Positions 1 through 11,044 of a stretch of 64,000 nucleotides of DNA are shown here, piece after piece; positions within the stretch are counted from its first letter, which is position 1; each line of letters starts with the position of its first letter. The stretch is from an uncultured Verrucomicrobiae bacterium. GTDB taxonomy: Bacteria; Verrucomicrobiota; Verrucomicrobiia; Opitutales; JABDGR01. A program made the position numbers and the translations under genes. Where the stretch lies: assembly GCA_963765205.1 (NCBI GenBank), contig CAVXVB010000009.1, positions 384,001-448,000 on the forward strand, read 5' to 3'. The notes under the pieces were generated by a model that saw only the letters and a program-made list of their open reading frames with translations, did no database searches and had not been told where the DNA came from.

Positions 1-706
1 CGGGGAGGAATATTTCGCCGGCAGCGAACGCTTGGCACACGAGCGTGGCTTTACGCTCGACGGACTGAAGCTCGACGAAGAAGCGCGGGCCGGCCGCACG
101 CCGGTTCTATTCGGTTCCGCGCAGAAACTGCTGGCCGTGGCCTTGGTGGCGGACGCGCCCAAGGAGTCCGCTGCCACGGCCGTGGGCCAGTTGCGCGCGC
201 TCGGCATTCGCGTTATCATGCTGACCGGTGACAACGAGGACACGGCGCAATATATCGCGCGCCAGGTCGGCATTGGCGAAGTCGTTGCCCGGGCGCTGCC
301 GGCGGACAAACTGGAAAAAATCAAGGAATTGCAAGCGCGCGGGCTGGTCGTGGCCATGGCGGGGGATGGCGTCAACGACGCCCCCGCGCTGGCACAGGCT
401 GACGTCGGCATCGCCATGGGCGACGGCGCGGATGCGGCTTTGGAAACGGCGGGCGTAACCTTGCTGCACGGCGACCTGGCCAAGCTGGCGCAAGCCCTCG
501 AACTCGCGCGCCAAGCCATGCGGGTGATTCGGCAAAATTACTTTTGGGCCTTCGCATTTAATACAATCGGCATTCCACTGGCCACGGGCTTGTTTTATCC
601 GCTTTTCGGCTGGACGCTCCCGCCCATGTTTGCAGGCGTGGCCATGGCCTTTTCCGACGTGGTGGTCGTCGGAAACGCGCTGCGCCTGAAAGTTAAACGG
701 CTATAA
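1..706 (+). CDS. copA: Heavy-metal translocating P1B-type ATPase, C-terminal part (5' end outside window)
   Basis: MLTGDN and GDGVNDAPALAQADVGIAMG P-domain motifs, followed by the last two TM helices ending NALRL. Confidence 0.9.
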   Translation, partial: GEEYFAGSERLAHERGFTLDGLKLDEEARAGRTPVLFGSAQKLLAVALVADAPKESAATAVGQLRALGIRVIMLTGDNEDTAQYIARQVGIGEVVARALPADKLEKIKELQARGLVVAMAGDGVNDAPALAQADVGIAMGDGADAALETAGVTLLHGDLAKLAQALELARQAMRVIRQNYFWAFAFNTIGIPLATGLFYPLFGWTLPPMFAGVAMAFSDVVVVGNALRLKVKRL

Positions 707-817
707 CAACCACGCACAAATGGGAGAATCATTCTGTGGCTTAATTGTTGGTGCAGTTCTCATGCCTGTCCAATCATTGAACAGTTCAACAATCCAGCAA
801 TAAATCCGGCGGCCCGC

Positions 818-3568
818 TTATGGCACCAAATTGGGCACCGGTTTCGCCAGGCCCAAAAACACTTGGGGTAAATCCATCTCCAGGCCGTCCTGAATGGCCA
901 CTTCGTGCGAGGGGATTTGCACCGTCGCGGGCGTGAGGCCGTCACGCGTGGCGGTCAGTGTGATGGTGCCCGGCGTAAGCGTCGAGCGAATGGCGACGCG
1001 GTTAATTCCGCACTCGGTGTCTAAATAGAGGTTATTAATCGAATTAAGCTCGTCGCTGCAGAAGCCGCCGCGCCAGATGGCGGGGCCATCACACTTGAAA
1101 TCCACGCGCCCCTGGTCGGTCGGGCAACGGTTGCCCTGCGCATCCACCACTTCAAAATCCACCAGCACCACGTCGGAACCGTCCGCCTGCAAGCCTTGTG
1201 GGCCGCTGTGCACGGTCAACTTGAGGGCGACCGGGAGCCCGGCCGTTTTGAGTTCCTCCTGCGCGACGACCTGGCCGCCCTTGGTCGCCACGGCCTTGAG
1301 CGTGCCTGGTTCGAACGCAACGTCGGGGAAGGCGTAAATATAACCCGTGTAGCCGATGCTGTTACCATTAAATGGATCCACCGGGTTGCAAGGCGTTTTT
1401 TGCACGCCCAAGGATTTGCCGTTGAGGAACAATTCGACCTGGTCGCACATCGTCGCCGCGACATACATGGTCTTCTTGGTGCCCGCCGGATAAGTCCAAT
1501 GCCCAAGAATATAAAGGTCGGGCTTCGCGTTTTGCATCACGCGCGTGACGTAGAACACCGTTTTGGGCAGGCGCACGCCGTCCACTTTGCCGCTGACGCG
1601 CAGCACTTCGTCGCCATCCTGGCGGCCATCGGCATCGGAGTCCGAAAAGTAAATCGAAGCATAGGCCGACCATTTCGAATGGAGGGGGTCGGGGTTGTCT
1701 ATGCGGTTTTCTGCATAGGCGGCATAACGGTTGGCGGCGGCGAGGGCGAAGGTCTCAGAGTTCCAATGGTAAGCGTCCTGGCCCGCAGCGGGGTCTCCCC
1801 GGCCGGCGAGGGCTTTGGGATGAAAGCCCATGGTCGGCGGCGAATAATCGTCCCAGATGCCGCGCGCCGCCTCGTCGCGGAAGTCCTCGGTTTCGATTAA
1901 GGGCGCTTTGTCGCGGCGCTCCACGCTGTAGCCGCGAAAAATTTGTCCCGGCTCGGTAATGGCGTCGGTTTGCCGGTCCTGGCCAATCATCACGCCGTAG
2001 AATTCGGACACGGGGGTAAGGGCGATATTGGCGGGTGCCGCATCATTGTCCCGCGTGCCCATGACGCGCATTCCGTTGGGATCCCATTGCTTGCGCAATG
2101 CCACCATTTGCACCATTTGATCGGGCGTGACGATGGTGTTGCCCGCCTCCCAGAAGAGGATGCTGGGGTTGTTGCGGAAGAAAATCATCGAGTCGCGCAT
2201 GACCTCGACGCGCTGGTCCCACTGGCGGCCGGTCACGTCCCTTTCCTTGTCGCCGGCGGGGCACACAATGGCGATGCCAAAGCGGTCGCACGCCTCCACG
2301 TCCGCCCGCTGCGGGGAGACGTGCATCCAGCGGATATAATTGCTGTTGCTGGCGCGCACCAGCGCCACGGTGAAGTCGTGCATCCAGTCGGGATACGCCC
2401 CGCCAAGGCCCGGCCAGTCATTGGCCGAGCGTTGCGAGAAGCCGGTCAGCCACACGAAATGGTCGTTAAGCCATACGCCGCCGGTGCCCGCGCCGCCTTT
2501 GTACTCAGCCTTGCGAAAGCCTGTCTGGGTCTTGCATACGTCCACGACCTTGCCGTCCACGCTCAGAATAGAGTAAACATTGTAGAGGTAGGGATCGCTG
2601 GTGTCCCACAAATGCGCGTTGGCCAGGGTGCCGGTGGCGGTAAAAACTTCGCTTTCGCCATCCACCAAATCGGAGGTGTTGCCGTCAAACTTGGCGCGCA
2701 CCATCCCGTCCGCGTCCACCACGACAGTGGAAAGCGTGATGTCGGCATGATCGCCGGATTCATCCCGCACTTGGGCCTCGACCGTCACATCCGTGGTTTT
2801 ATTTTTCACGTCTACATGCTGGGGGTAGATATAGATGCCCGTGGTCTGGAGGCCTTCGTAAAGCGGCAGAGTCTGGTAAACTTTGCCCATGACAATCAGC
2901 TTGGCGTCGCGATTGAGGCCGCCGAAATCGGGGTTGAAGTCCTTCGCATTCCACAAGTAAGGGGTGCCGGTGGCTTCCTCTTTGTAGCTTGTGCGATTGT
3001 CCACTTGGACGGCCAGCACGTTGTCTTGGCCGCCGAATTTGGCGAGTTTGGAGATGTCGAAGCCGACGGCCGTTACGCCGTTCTCATAGAGGCCCAGCGG
3101 CTGGCCGTTGAGGAAGAAGCGGCCCGCCTGCCTCATGCCGTCGAATTCGAGAATAACCTTCTGGCCCTCGGCGCTGGCGGGCAGCTTAAAGTGCTTGCGA
3201 TACCAGCCCACGCCCAACTTCTCACTCTGGTCGCCGCTCCCATGGCTGATATACCTACGGTAGCTGTCCGTCTCGTTCCAGGTGTGGGGCAGGCTGACGT
3301 TGGCCCAGGCCGAGTCATCGAAAGCTGGCTGGTCGGCGCCGGTGAGATCCACGCCCTGGTCGGCAAAAATGAATTTCCAGCCCGGGTTGAAATTATAGAC
3401 CGCGCGCGGCGAGGCCGGCACGACAAATTTTGCGCCCACCGCAATGCTATCAATGCTAAAGGGGGTCGCGGCCGAGGCGGCGCCGTGTCCGGTCAAAAGG
3501 GCCGCAAGCAATGCCAGGGGCAGGGTGAATCGGGGTTGGCGATAAGAACGATGCAGGGGCTTGCTCAT
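818..3568 (-). CDS. Secreted glycoside hydrolase family 2 (beta-galactosidase-like)
   Basis: Signal peptide; FNPGWKF, WANVSLPHTWN, GWYRKHF, LWDTSDPYLY and RNNPSILFWEAGN GH2 motifs; C-terminal Ig-like domains. Confidence 0.88.
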   Translation of the reverse strand: MSKPLHRSYRQPRFTLPLALLAALLTGHGAASAATPFSIDSIAVGAKFVVPASPRAVYNFNPGWKFIFADQGVDLTGADQPAFDDSAWANVSLPHTWNETDSYRRYISHGSGDQSEKLGVGWYRKHFKLPASAEGQKVILEFDGMRQAGRFFLNGQPLGLYENGVTAVGFDISKLAKFGGQDNVLAVQVDNRTSYKEEATGTPYLWNAKDFNPDFGGLNRDAKLIVMGKVYQTLPLYEGLQTTGIYIYPQHVDVKNKTTDVTVEAQVRDESGDHADITLSTVVVDADGMVRAKFDGNTSDLVDGESEVFTATGTLANAHLWDTSDPYLYNVYSILSVDGKVVDVCKTQTGFRKAEYKGGAGTGGVWLNDHFVWLTGFSQRSANDWPGLGGAYPDWMHDFTVALVRASNSNYIRWMHVSPQRADVEACDRFGIAIVCPAGDKERDVTGRQWDQRVEVMRDSMIFFRNNPSILFWEAGNTIVTPDQMVQMVALRKQWDPNGMRVMGTRDNDAAPANIALTPVSEFYGVMIGQDRQTDAITEPGQIFRGYSVERRDKAPLIETEDFRDEAARGIWDDYSPPTMGFHPKALAGRGDPAAGQDAYHWNSETFALAAANRYAAYAENRIDNPDPLHSKWSAYASIYFSDSDADGRQDGDEVLRVSGKVDGVRLPKTVFYVTRVMQNAKPDLYILGHWTYPAGTKKTMYVAATMCDQVELFLNGKSLGVQKTPCNPVDPFNGNSIGYTGYIYAFPDVAFEPGTLKAVATKGGQVVAQEELKTAGLPVALKLTVHSGPQGLQADGSDVVLVDFEVVDAQGNRCPTDQGRVDFKCDGPAIWRGGFCSDELNSINNLYLDTECGINRVAIRSTLTPGTITLTATRDGLTPATVQIPSHEVAIQDGLEMDLPQVFLGLAKPVPNLVP

Positions 3569-3698
3569 GGGGGGAGGGGGTGGAATAGTTTGTGGTAAAA
3601 GGGGAAGTGGGTAAACGTAAACTCAAACCCTTAAATTAGGCAAACCGCGGCTTGCGCACAAGAGTTTAGTTGCGTAAATTAAGGCATATTTGCGCATT

Positions 3699-4886
3699 AT
3701 GCTATCGGATGATCAACAAGCCTTGGTTTCCCCTGCCCCCGCCACCCGGCGTGTCGCCTTGGCCTTTCCCTATGGCCGGGCGTTTGTCGAGCAAGTCGTC
3801 GAGGGTATCCTCACCTATGCCCGCCGCCAGGCCGACTGGCAGATTTTACGCTTTCCGGAGCGTCTCAGCCCATCCCTGGACTGGCTGCAGGGCTGGCGGG
3901 GCGATGGCGCCTTCGTCATACTTTCGACGCCGGAAGACGCCCGCATCGCCCGCGCCCTGCCGTTTCCGGTGGTCAATATCACAGCCTATTTTCCAAAGCC
4001 CGGGGTGACGACCATTACGGCCGACCACCGCGAAATCGGCCGCCTGGCCGCCCGGCATTTGATCGAGCGCCGGTTCCGGAAATTCGGCTATTATGGTTCT
4101 GGAGATTTGTTTTTCAGCCAATTGCGCCGGGATGGCTTTGTCAACGCCATCCGGCAGCAGGGCGGCACCTGCGCCGTCCTGGAGGTGCCGTCCATTGTAG
4201 CCAGCGGGCAAATGTGGATGCAGCAGCAACGGGAATTGGAGGAATGGCTTCACTCCCTGCAACCCCCGGTCGCCATCATGGCCAGCACCGATTTGCGCGC
4301 CGATATGCTGCTTGAAACCTGTCGCCGCCTTAGCTTGCGCATTCCCGACCAGGTGGCCGTCATTGGGGTGGACAACGACCCGGTCATCGTGGACCATGCG
4401 CAGCCTCCGCTTAGCAGCGTGGCGCGCAATGACCAGCAGGCGGGGGAACTGGCGGCGTCGTTACTGGATGAATTCATGTCGGGCCGGCGCGACCGGCGCC
4501 AATTGCTCTTTGTGCCGCCGACGGGGGTGGTCGCCCGCCAGTCCACGGAAACCATGGCGGTGGAAGATCCCGAACTGGCCGGACTTATCCAATACATTCG
4601 CCAACACATCGCCGAAAACTTCGGCGTCGAACGGTTGCCACCGCTCTTGCAATGTTCCCGGCGCACGCTGGAGAACCGCTTTCGCGTCCATCTGGGCGCG
4701 CCGCCCTCGACTATCATCCATCGTTTGCGCGTGGATCAGGCCCGGCGGTTGCTCGAAGCCCGGCCCAAGCAATCCCTCGCCGCCATCGCCGCAGGCTGCG
4801 GCTTCAGCAACGTGCGGCATTTCCGCCTGGTCTTTCGCCGCTTCCAAAAGCAGTCTCCCGCGGAATATCGCCGGAGTTTGAACTGA
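3699..4886 (+). CDS. XylR-type transcriptional regulator (LacI-like sensor domain plus C-terminal AraC HTH)
   Basis: IPDQVAVIGVDND and LSSV LacI-type motifs; AraC signature IAAGCGFSNVRHFRLVFRR..SPAEYR; divergent from the GH2 gene. Confidence 0.9.
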   Translation: MLSDDQQALVSPAPATRRVALAFPYGRAFVEQVVEGILTYARRQADWQILRFPERLSPSLDWLQGWRGDGAFVILSTPEDARIARALPFPVVNITAYFPKPGVTTITADHREIGRLAARHLIERRFRKFGYYGSGDLFFSQLRRDGFVNAIRQQGGTCAVLEVPSIVASGQMWMQQQRELEEWLHSLQPPVAIMASTDLRADMLLETCRRLSLRIPDQVAVIGVDNDPVIVDHAQPPLSSVARNDQQAGELAASLLDEFMSGRRDRRQLLFVPPTGVVARQSTETMAVEDPELAGLIQYIRQHIAENFGVERLPPLLQCSRRTLENRFRVHLGAPPSTIIHRLRVDQARRLLEARPKQSLAAIAAGCGFSNVRHFRLVFRRFQKQSPAEYRRSLN

Positions 4887-4908
4887 GACCGAGAAAAAAT
4901 TGCTCTAC

Positions 4909-5178
4909 TTACCTGCCGGGCGCGTAGGATTCGAGATGGCCGCATTGGGTGCAGCGGTAGGTGCGGACGGTGTAGGTGCGGCCGGCCACATGAATGCCTA
5001 AAAACCCGTTTGCCGGGGGGCCGGCAGCCCATTTGGGATCCACAATTCCGCCATAAGTATTGTCCGGCACAAAACCAAGTTCCATCGCACCGCGGCATTT
5101 GGCGCACACGGGCGGAGCCATTTCCGGCTTGGGCGGTGGGGAGGGCTGCAGCGGTCGCGAAGGGTCTCCCAGAATCAT
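4909..5178 (-). CDS. Small zinc-ribbon-like protein (DUF6487-like)
   Basis: CAKCRGAMELGF ... YRCTQCGHLESYA paired CxxC motifs; TTGACA-17-TCGAAT upstream. Confidence 0.75.
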   Translation of the reverse strand: MILGDPSRPLQPSPPPKPEMAPPVCAKCRGAMELGFVPDNTYGGIVDPKWAAGPPANGFLGIHVAGRTYTVRTYRCTQCGHLESYAPGR

Positions 5179-5399
5179 GGCGTGATTCGACGCCGGGGGT
5201 GGGCTGGTGTCAAGCAGACAGCGAACTTCATCGGTCCAAGGAAGGACGATCTTTTACTGTCTGCGGTCAAGAATAACACAAAAGCTGATCACTCTTAATC
5301 AAGGTTTTCATGATTGCCGCATACAAAATAATCTGGCATGATTATTGGAGTCGTATTCCCAGACGGCGGCGAACCCGACTGAGTCGCAGGAGCCGACCC

Positions 5400-7493
5400 T
5401 TAATTTACCTCGGCGTGGCCATTGCTTTGATCCTGAGGCCCGAGCGGCGCCTCGGCCAGTTCGGCGGGCGGATCAAAGAGGGCGGAGTCAATTTCCTTTT
5501 GGCTCAGGTTCCAAATCAGGATCGTATGATTGATGTTGGCGTCGGGCGCGCGATGATGGCGCAGCCAGGCGCAGAGCCGGCCAAAGCGGAGGTTTTTGAA
5601 GGCAATGTATTCCGTGTTCCACTGGGCGGGCGGGTATTTCTTGAGCAAGTCGGCGAGTTGGGTGGGATCCTTGGCGGTCTGTTGGTAGATGCGCAGATTT
5701 TTCAAGCAGTCCTGGTAGGCAGCTTCATAAACTTTGTTCCACGGCCCGCGGGTTTTGGTGTAGAAACTTTGCAGCATGGTCGCGCTGATCGCATAGAGCC
5801 CGGCGTTTAAATTATATTGGCCGTCTTTCTGCCAGGCGGGGAAGGAAGGCAGCCGGGTGGATTTGATGCCGTAGTAATCAGGGTTGTCAGTGCCAAAATA
5901 GGAGAGATAAAGATTTTCCCGGTCATGGGGATTGTGTTGTTCGAGCCAGGTTTTCAGGCTCGGCAAATCCATGCCCCAATCGAGCGAGCTTTCCACCAGG
6001 TGTTGGTAGGCATGGGATGGCCCGCCGACAAAGGGGCTGAAGTAGGCGAGATAATTCGGGTAAATGGCCCAGGTATCCCCGGCATACAAGAGCAGCAGCA
6101 GGGCGGCCACCGTCCGCGCCCAATATTTGCGCTGCAACCACAGCCAGCCGACGGAACCACCGGCCAGGATATAGAGCGGGGGATAGATCGGCAGGATATA
6201 CCGGTGGGCGACATTAACGTTCTGGACGATAGCCACCAAAAGAAAGGCGGCGATCAAGACGAGATAGGGACCTAGGTCATAAAGCAACGCCAGGGAATGA
6301 GGGCCGGGGGGGTGGGTCGGATTGGTTTGCGCTTCCAGGCGCCGTCGCCGTCGTTTCCACCACCAACAGCCCGTGCCCAGAATCAGGATCGTAAACAATA
6401 TCGGGGAGGTCTTGGCCCAAATAGTGTAGGGGAAAAAGTCCCGCTTTCCGCCAAAAATCCACTGGCCGTTCATGAAGGACTCGCGCGTTTCATTATCCGT
6501 CAACAGCAGCTCCATTCCGTCCAGGTAGCCTTCGGGCAGGATGTGCCAGCGCCGTTCCCAAGCGAGAAAGGCCTGGACGGAGGGGCTCATGGGATTGCGG
6601 GGCGCGCGCGCCCTAGCTTGGACCGCCGGATTGGTGGGGTCAGGGTTGGAAGCGTAACGGAAATCATAGTGGGCCCACAAGCCGGCCCAGCACAAAAATC
6701 CAAACAGAAGAAAGAGGGCAGAAAAAATCAACAACTGCGCCGGGCGCGATTGAATCGTCCGGTGGCGGCCCACCCACCATTCAAGAGGCCGGCGGGAACA
6801 AATTTTGATCCCCACCAGCACTGCGGTGATGGGAAAGATGACCAAGGCGGTCGCTTTGGCCAGGAATAAGAGCGGCAGGAACACCAGGGCGGCGAGCAGC
6901 CGCCCCCAGCTAATCTGATGGAGTAGCCGCCAGACGCACCAAGTGGCGCCGAGCAGCGTCAAGCAAATGGACATGTCAGTCGAGACGACGCCGCCAAACG
7001 CCAGCATGTCTGGACTGAGGGCAAACAAGGCGAGCGAAAACAGGCCACCGATGACGCCGAACACTGCCTGCGAAAGGTAGAATACCAGCAGGCCGGCGGC
7101 CAGACCGAGCAAAACCACCATCGCGCGCCCTTCGAGCAGCAGCAGTTCCGGCGTGTTTCCTGACTCGAACAGGAATTTATAACCCAGCGCATACGGTTGG
7201 GCCGCGAGCCAATTAGGGTTGGTGGTGCTAAGAAAGGCCGGCTGGGAAATTAAATAGGGCAGCGTGGCCCAGCGTTTCACCAAGTCGCCGTTGGCACCCT
7301 CCATGCGAAAATCCTGGTGCAGCCAGATATTGTAGCCGACGGCCAACTCCTCGCCTTCGTCAAACGAAACGCCTTTGCTCGCCGATGCACTCAGCGCCAG
7401 TCCCGCATAAAGTGCCAGCAACCCCGCAACGATAGCCCAAGTCCAGCGCGGGCGGGTAGTGGCGGTGGGATTGGTGTCAGTGGCTGCAGTCAT
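5400..7493 (-). CDS. Polytopic GT-C (ArnT/PMT-like) glycosyltransferase
   Basis: N-terminal TM followed by SFDE, many TM helices, RYILP and SSLDWG motifs. Confidence 0.8.
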   Translation of the reverse strand: MTAATDTNPTATTRPRWTWAIVAGLLALYAGLALSASASKGVSFDEGEELAVGYNIWLHQDFRMEGANGDLVKRWATLPYLISQPAFLSTTNPNWLAAQPYALGYKFLFESGNTPELLLLEGRAMVVLLGLAAGLLVFYLSQAVFGVIGGLFSLALFALSPDMLAFGGVVSTDMSICLTLLGATWCVWRLLHQISWGRLLAALVFLPLLFLAKATALVIFPITAVLVGIKICSRRPLEWWVGRHRTIQSRPAQLLIFSALFLLFGFLCWAGLWAHYDFRYASNPDPTNPAVQARARAPRNPMSPSVQAFLAWERRWHILPEGYLDGMELLLTDNETRESFMNGQWIFGGKRDFFPYTIWAKTSPILFTILILGTGCWWWKRRRRRLEAQTNPTHPPGPHSLALLYDLGPYLVLIAAFLLVAIVQNVNVAHRYILPIYPPLYILAGGSVGWLWLQRKYWARTVAALLLLLYAGDTWAIYPNYLAYFSPFVGGPSHAYQHLVESSLDWGMDLPSLKTWLEQHNPHDRENLYLSYFGTDNPDYYGIKSTRLPSFPAWQKDGQYNLNAGLYAISATMLQSFYTKTRGPWNKVYEAAYQDCLKNLRIYQQTAKDPTQLADLLKKYPPAQWNTEYIAFKNLRFGRLCAWLRHHRAPDANINHTILIWNLSQKEIDSALFDPPAELAEAPLGPQDQSNGHAEVN

Positions 7494-7905
7494 GGATTCG
7501 ACGCCGTTGGGAGGCAAAGCAAGACCCAGTTAGCACCCAAGATACGGGATTAATGAGGTAGGTTCCTTATCGCCAAAAGAACCCAAAACCTTACTTCAAT
7601 CCGCAAAAAAATTGTAATAAATTCTAATTATATTCTTGCTTGCGTTTGAACCTATCCCAAGGGCATTAAGGATTGTGGTCGCGGAAGCAGGGTAATCGTT
7701 GTTGCACAAATTATATGAAAAAATAAAACGAGCTGTGTTAAGGATAAGATTAAGCTAGGTTTGACGCCGTAGCGAATTCATCGGGTCAAGGCCGGGTTCG
7801 GCAATGCAGCCGGGCGTTAAGCAGTGCGGCAGACGGCCCCGCACCGATCGAACTTAGCTCACTTTAGGCTTTATCATGGTTGGTAAAAACAGCTAGGGTA
7901 GATTG

Positions 7906-8598
7906 ATGCAGGTCTCTGTCATCGTCCCCGTTTACAATGAAGAACGCACCGTAGTCACGCTGCTTAAGCGCGTGCTGGCCGCAGGCATGAACTTGAAGGA
8001 GATCATCGTGATTGACGATGGCTCGAAGGATGCGACGCGGGACAAGGTAGCGGAACTGGCGGCAGCCGACCCGCGAGTGCGGTTGCTGCCGCAGCGGCAG
8101 AATTGCGGCAAGGGGGCGGCGTTGCGCGCGGGTTTCGCGGCGGCGACGGGCGACATCGTGGTCGTCCAGGACGCGGATTTGGAATACGACCCGGCGGAGT
8201 TGCCACGTCTGCTGCAGCCGATTATTGATGGCTCGGCGGACGCGGTGTTTGGGTCGCGGTTTATCGGCGGCGGCGCGCACCGGGTGCATCTGTTCTGGCA
8301 TATGGTTGGCAACCAGGTGCTCACGCTGCTTTCGAATATGTGCACCAACCTGAACCTCACGGACATGGAGTGCTGCTACAAGGCGTTCCGCCGCGAGGTG
8401 ATCCAGGGCCTCAAGCTCGAGGAGGATCGCTTCGGCTTCGAGCCGGAGGTGACGGCGAAAATCGCCAAGAAAAGGGTGCGGGTGTATGAGGTGGGCGTTT
8501 CCTATTTCGGGCGCACATATGCCGAGGGCAAAAAAATCGGCTGGAAGGACGGCTTCCGCGCGCTTTACTGCATCGTCAAATACAGCTTTTTCCAGTGA
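7906..8598 (+). CDS. GT2 polyprenol-phosphate glycosyltransferase (DPM1-like)
   Basis: SVIVPVYNEE, IDDGSKD, QDADLEYDP, DMECCYKAF, EGKKIGWKDG. Confidence 0.92.
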   Translation: MQVSVIVPVYNEERTVVTLLKRVLAAGMNLKEIIVIDDGSKDATRDKVAELAAADPRVRLLPQRQNCGKGAALRAGFAAATGDIVVVQDADLEYDPAELPRLLQPIIDGSADAVFGSRFIGGGAHRVHLFWHMVGNQVLTLLSNMCTNLNLTDMECCYKAFRREVIQGLKLEEDRFGFEPEVTAKIAKKRVRVYEVGVSYFGRTYAEGKKIGWKDGFRALYCIVKYSFFQ

Positions 8599-10451
8599 AC
8601 GAGGACGCAGGCCTGCCTTCGCCCGCCGCGAACGCCCCGCGCGCGCGGCCCGGCTGGCCTGCGATTATACTGGCCCTAGCGGTGATGATTTACGGGGGGG
8701 GGTATCTCGCATGGTATCTGCAAACGCCGTTGGGCCACGCGCCGCAACTCGACGGCCAGGAGAATCTGGTGCTGGCCGCGCAAATCGCAACGGGCACGCT
8801 ACCGCATGAGCCGTTTTATCGCGCGATGCTTTACCCGGCGATGCTGGCCGTGCCGTTGAAATTGGGCGTGCCGGCGGAGAATTTGCCCGCGCTGGCTTCC
8901 GCGTTTGGACTGCTCTGCCATTTTGCGATCACGCTGGCGGTCAAGATTCTGGCAGCGCGGCTATGGCGCGGGCCACGGGCGCGCAGGGCAGCGTTGTTGG
9001 CGGCGGCGTTGTGGGGGTTGAATCCGGTGGCGTTGTATTACGCCGTGCAGGTGTTGGATGTCGTGCCCGCGCTGGCATTGTTCATGTGGGGTTTGGTAGG
9101 ATGGATGCGGCTCTCCGGACACATGAGCTATCGGCTGGTGGGAGGAATTTTCCTCGGCCTGGCGGTGGCGGCGCGGCCCCATTTTCTTCCGGTGCTTTTC
9201 GTTACGCCGCTGGCGCAGGCTTGGTATGCGGGCCGCTGTCGGCTGCGTTGGATTGATGTGTCAGCCTGGATTGGCGCTGCGCTGGGGCTGCTGATTTTGG
9301 GCATCGCGCAATGGCGGTGGGGCGGCGAGTTTCGTGTACTGCCGTGGCAGGGATCGTATAATTTTAATGCGGCGAACCAGCCGGGCGCGAATGGGAAATA
9401 CTATGTCCAGCAATTATATATGGCGGACTTGCCGCCGGGGGAGAATCCCGCGCGGGCGGAATCGGAATTGCTCTATGCGAAAGGCACCAGGCTGACGCCG
9501 CCGTTTTCCCCGGCGGCCATGGAGGCGTATTGGCGGCAGCAGGCCTGGGCGGCCATCGAGGCCAATCCCGGCGCGTGGTTGAAATTGATGGTCAAAAAAG
9601 TTTATTACCTGTTCAACAATTACGACCAGTATAACAACTTCACTTATGCTTGGCAGCAAGCGCAGTCGCCTTGGTTGGCGTGGAATTTTTTGGGTTGGGG
9701 CGTTTTGTTCGTGCTGGCGGCGCCGGTGATGCTCTTGGCTTGGGCACAGGCGCGCGGCGAGCCGGGGCGAAGCGCGCGGCTGGCAGGGTTCGGCCTGATT
9801 TTTTTCGTCTACGCGGGCGGGGTGGTGCTTTATTACGCGAGCGGCAGATTTCGGCTGCCGCTGCTGCCGTTGCTGTGCGTCATCGCGGGTGGTCTGGGTG
9901 CGGTCCAGGACTGGAAGCGCGGTCGGTGGCCGGCGATCATCGCCGCCTTGGTCGCAGGAGGGTTGACTTTTTCCAATTTCTTCAACGCGCGCGATGAATC
10001 CACTTTTATTCAGGATGAGATGTTGACGGCCAATGCGGCGTCCACCATCGGGGATGATGCGCAGGCTTATGCGCTGGCGGAGGAGGGCTTGCAGCGCGAT
10101 GCGGCGCGTTCCGACCTGCGGCGGATTGCGGTCATTAGTTTTTTCAACCTGACGCTGGCCGACGGCGCGCAGTATGACACGGCGGCCGGCTGGCAAAAAA
10201 CGGCGAAGGAATTACAGGGTTTGGAATTGCGCGACGCGACGCTCGTGCTGGTGGCGGGTGTGGCGGCGTGGAAAACCGGCGACCCGGCGCAGGCGGAGAA
10301 AATCTGGCAGGCGGGAGTGGACCGGCTGGGCGTGAGTTCGTCGCCGGCGGGTTTTCTAGCTGCTTCGCAGTTCCTGCGCGAGGCGGCGCCGGTCGGAGCA
10401 CCGACGCCGGATCCGCAAATTCTCGATTACCTCAAAAAGGTTCCCCGTTAA
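8595..10451 (+). CDS. Polytopic GT-C-like membrane glycosyltransferase with helical C-terminus
   Basis: Multiple TM helices, PQLD motif after the first TM, SGRFRLP motif; overlaps the GT2 stop codon. Confidence 0.7.
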   Translation: MNEDAGLPSPAANAPRARPGWPAIILALAVMIYGGGYLAWYLQTPLGHAPQLDGQENLVLAAQIATGTLPHEPFYRAMLYPAMLAVPLKLGVPAENLPALASAFGLLCHFAITLAVKILAARLWRGPRARRAALLAAALWGLNPVALYYAVQVLDVVPALALFMWGLVGWMRLSGHMSYRLVGGIFLGLAVAARPHFLPVLFVTPLAQAWYAGRCRLRWIDVSAWIGAALGLLILGIAQWRWGGEFRVLPWQGSYNFNAANQPGANGKYYVQQLYMADLPPGENPARAESELLYAKGTRLTPPFSPAAMEAYWRQQAWAAIEANPGAWLKLMVKKVYYLFNNYDQYNNFTYAWQQAQSPWLAWNFLGWGVLFVLAAPVMLLAWAQARGEPGRSARLAGFGLIFFVYAGGVVLYYASGRFRLPLLPLLCVIAGGLGAVQDWKRGRWPAIIAALVAGGLTFSNFFNARDESTFIQDEMLTANAASTIGDDAQAYALAEEGLQRDAARSDLRRIAVISFFNLTLADGAQYDTAAGWQKTAKELQGLELRDATLVLVAGVAAWKTGDPAQAEKIWQAGVDRLGVSSSPAGFLAASQFLREAAPVGAPTPDPQILDYLKKVPR

Positions 10452-11044
10452 CGACGCGAGCCAGGCTGGTCTTCCTTGCGGGCGGCACACCAATTGGGCG
10501 GGTTTTGCAATTCGGGGCGCAGCACGCCGATGCAGGGGAGGTTGCGGTAGCGCTCGGCAAAATCCAGGCCATAGCCGACGACGAAATGATCGGGAATCGT
10601 AAAGCCGACGAAATCGGGGGTGACGCGGACTTGTTTGCGGCGTTTTTTGTTCAGCAGCACGCAGGTGTGGAGCGACGCGGGCTTTTGGGCGCGCAGAATG
10701 CGAGTGACTTTGTCGAGGGTGCGCCCGGTGTCGAGGATGTCGTCAATGAGCAGGACGTGCTGCTGGGTGAGGTCGAGGCGGATTTGGTCAATGATTTCCG
10801 GCTCGGTGACGGGGCGGTCTTCGTCCTTGTAGGAGGAAACGCGCACGCAATCGAGGCGCACATGGAGGTCGAGGTGCCGCAGCAAATCGGCGGCGAACAT
10901 GATGGAGCCGTTGGTGATGCAGATGGCGCTGATCTCTTCGGCGCCGAGTTTGCGGTAAAGGTCCGTGAGCTGGCCGCCCAGCTCGGCGATGCGATGGCGG
11001 ATTTCCTCTTCGGAGACGACGACTTGGGCTAAGTCAATTTTCAT
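10448..11044 (-). CDS. hpt: Hypoxanthine phosphoribosyltransferase
   Basis: [18 protein letters not shown]-binding loop; [17 protein letters not shown]. Confidence 0.95.
   Translation of the reverse strand: MKIDLAQVVVSEEEIRHRIAELGGQLTDLYRKLGAEEISAICITNGSIMFAADLLRHLDLHVRLDCVRVSSYKDEDRPVTEPEIIDQIRLDLTQQHVLLIDDILDTGRTLDKVTRILRAQKPASLHTCVLLNKKRRKQVRVTPDFVGFTIPDHFVVGYGLDFAERYRNLPCIGVLRPELQNPPNWCAARKEDQPGSRR

Noticed and set aside
777..789. Palindrome TTGAAC-A-GTTCAA between convergent genes
   Set aside because: Single short dyad with no promoter context; compatible with chance
1943..3598. 551-aa + strand ORF and many similar long antisense or overlapping ORFs
   Set aside because: Shadow frames of well-supported genes in high-GC DNA, with no recognisable motifs
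7560..7890. Possible sRNA or riboswitch in the long GT-C/GT2 intergenic region
   Set aside because: No convincing stems or known consensus; explained as divergent promoters
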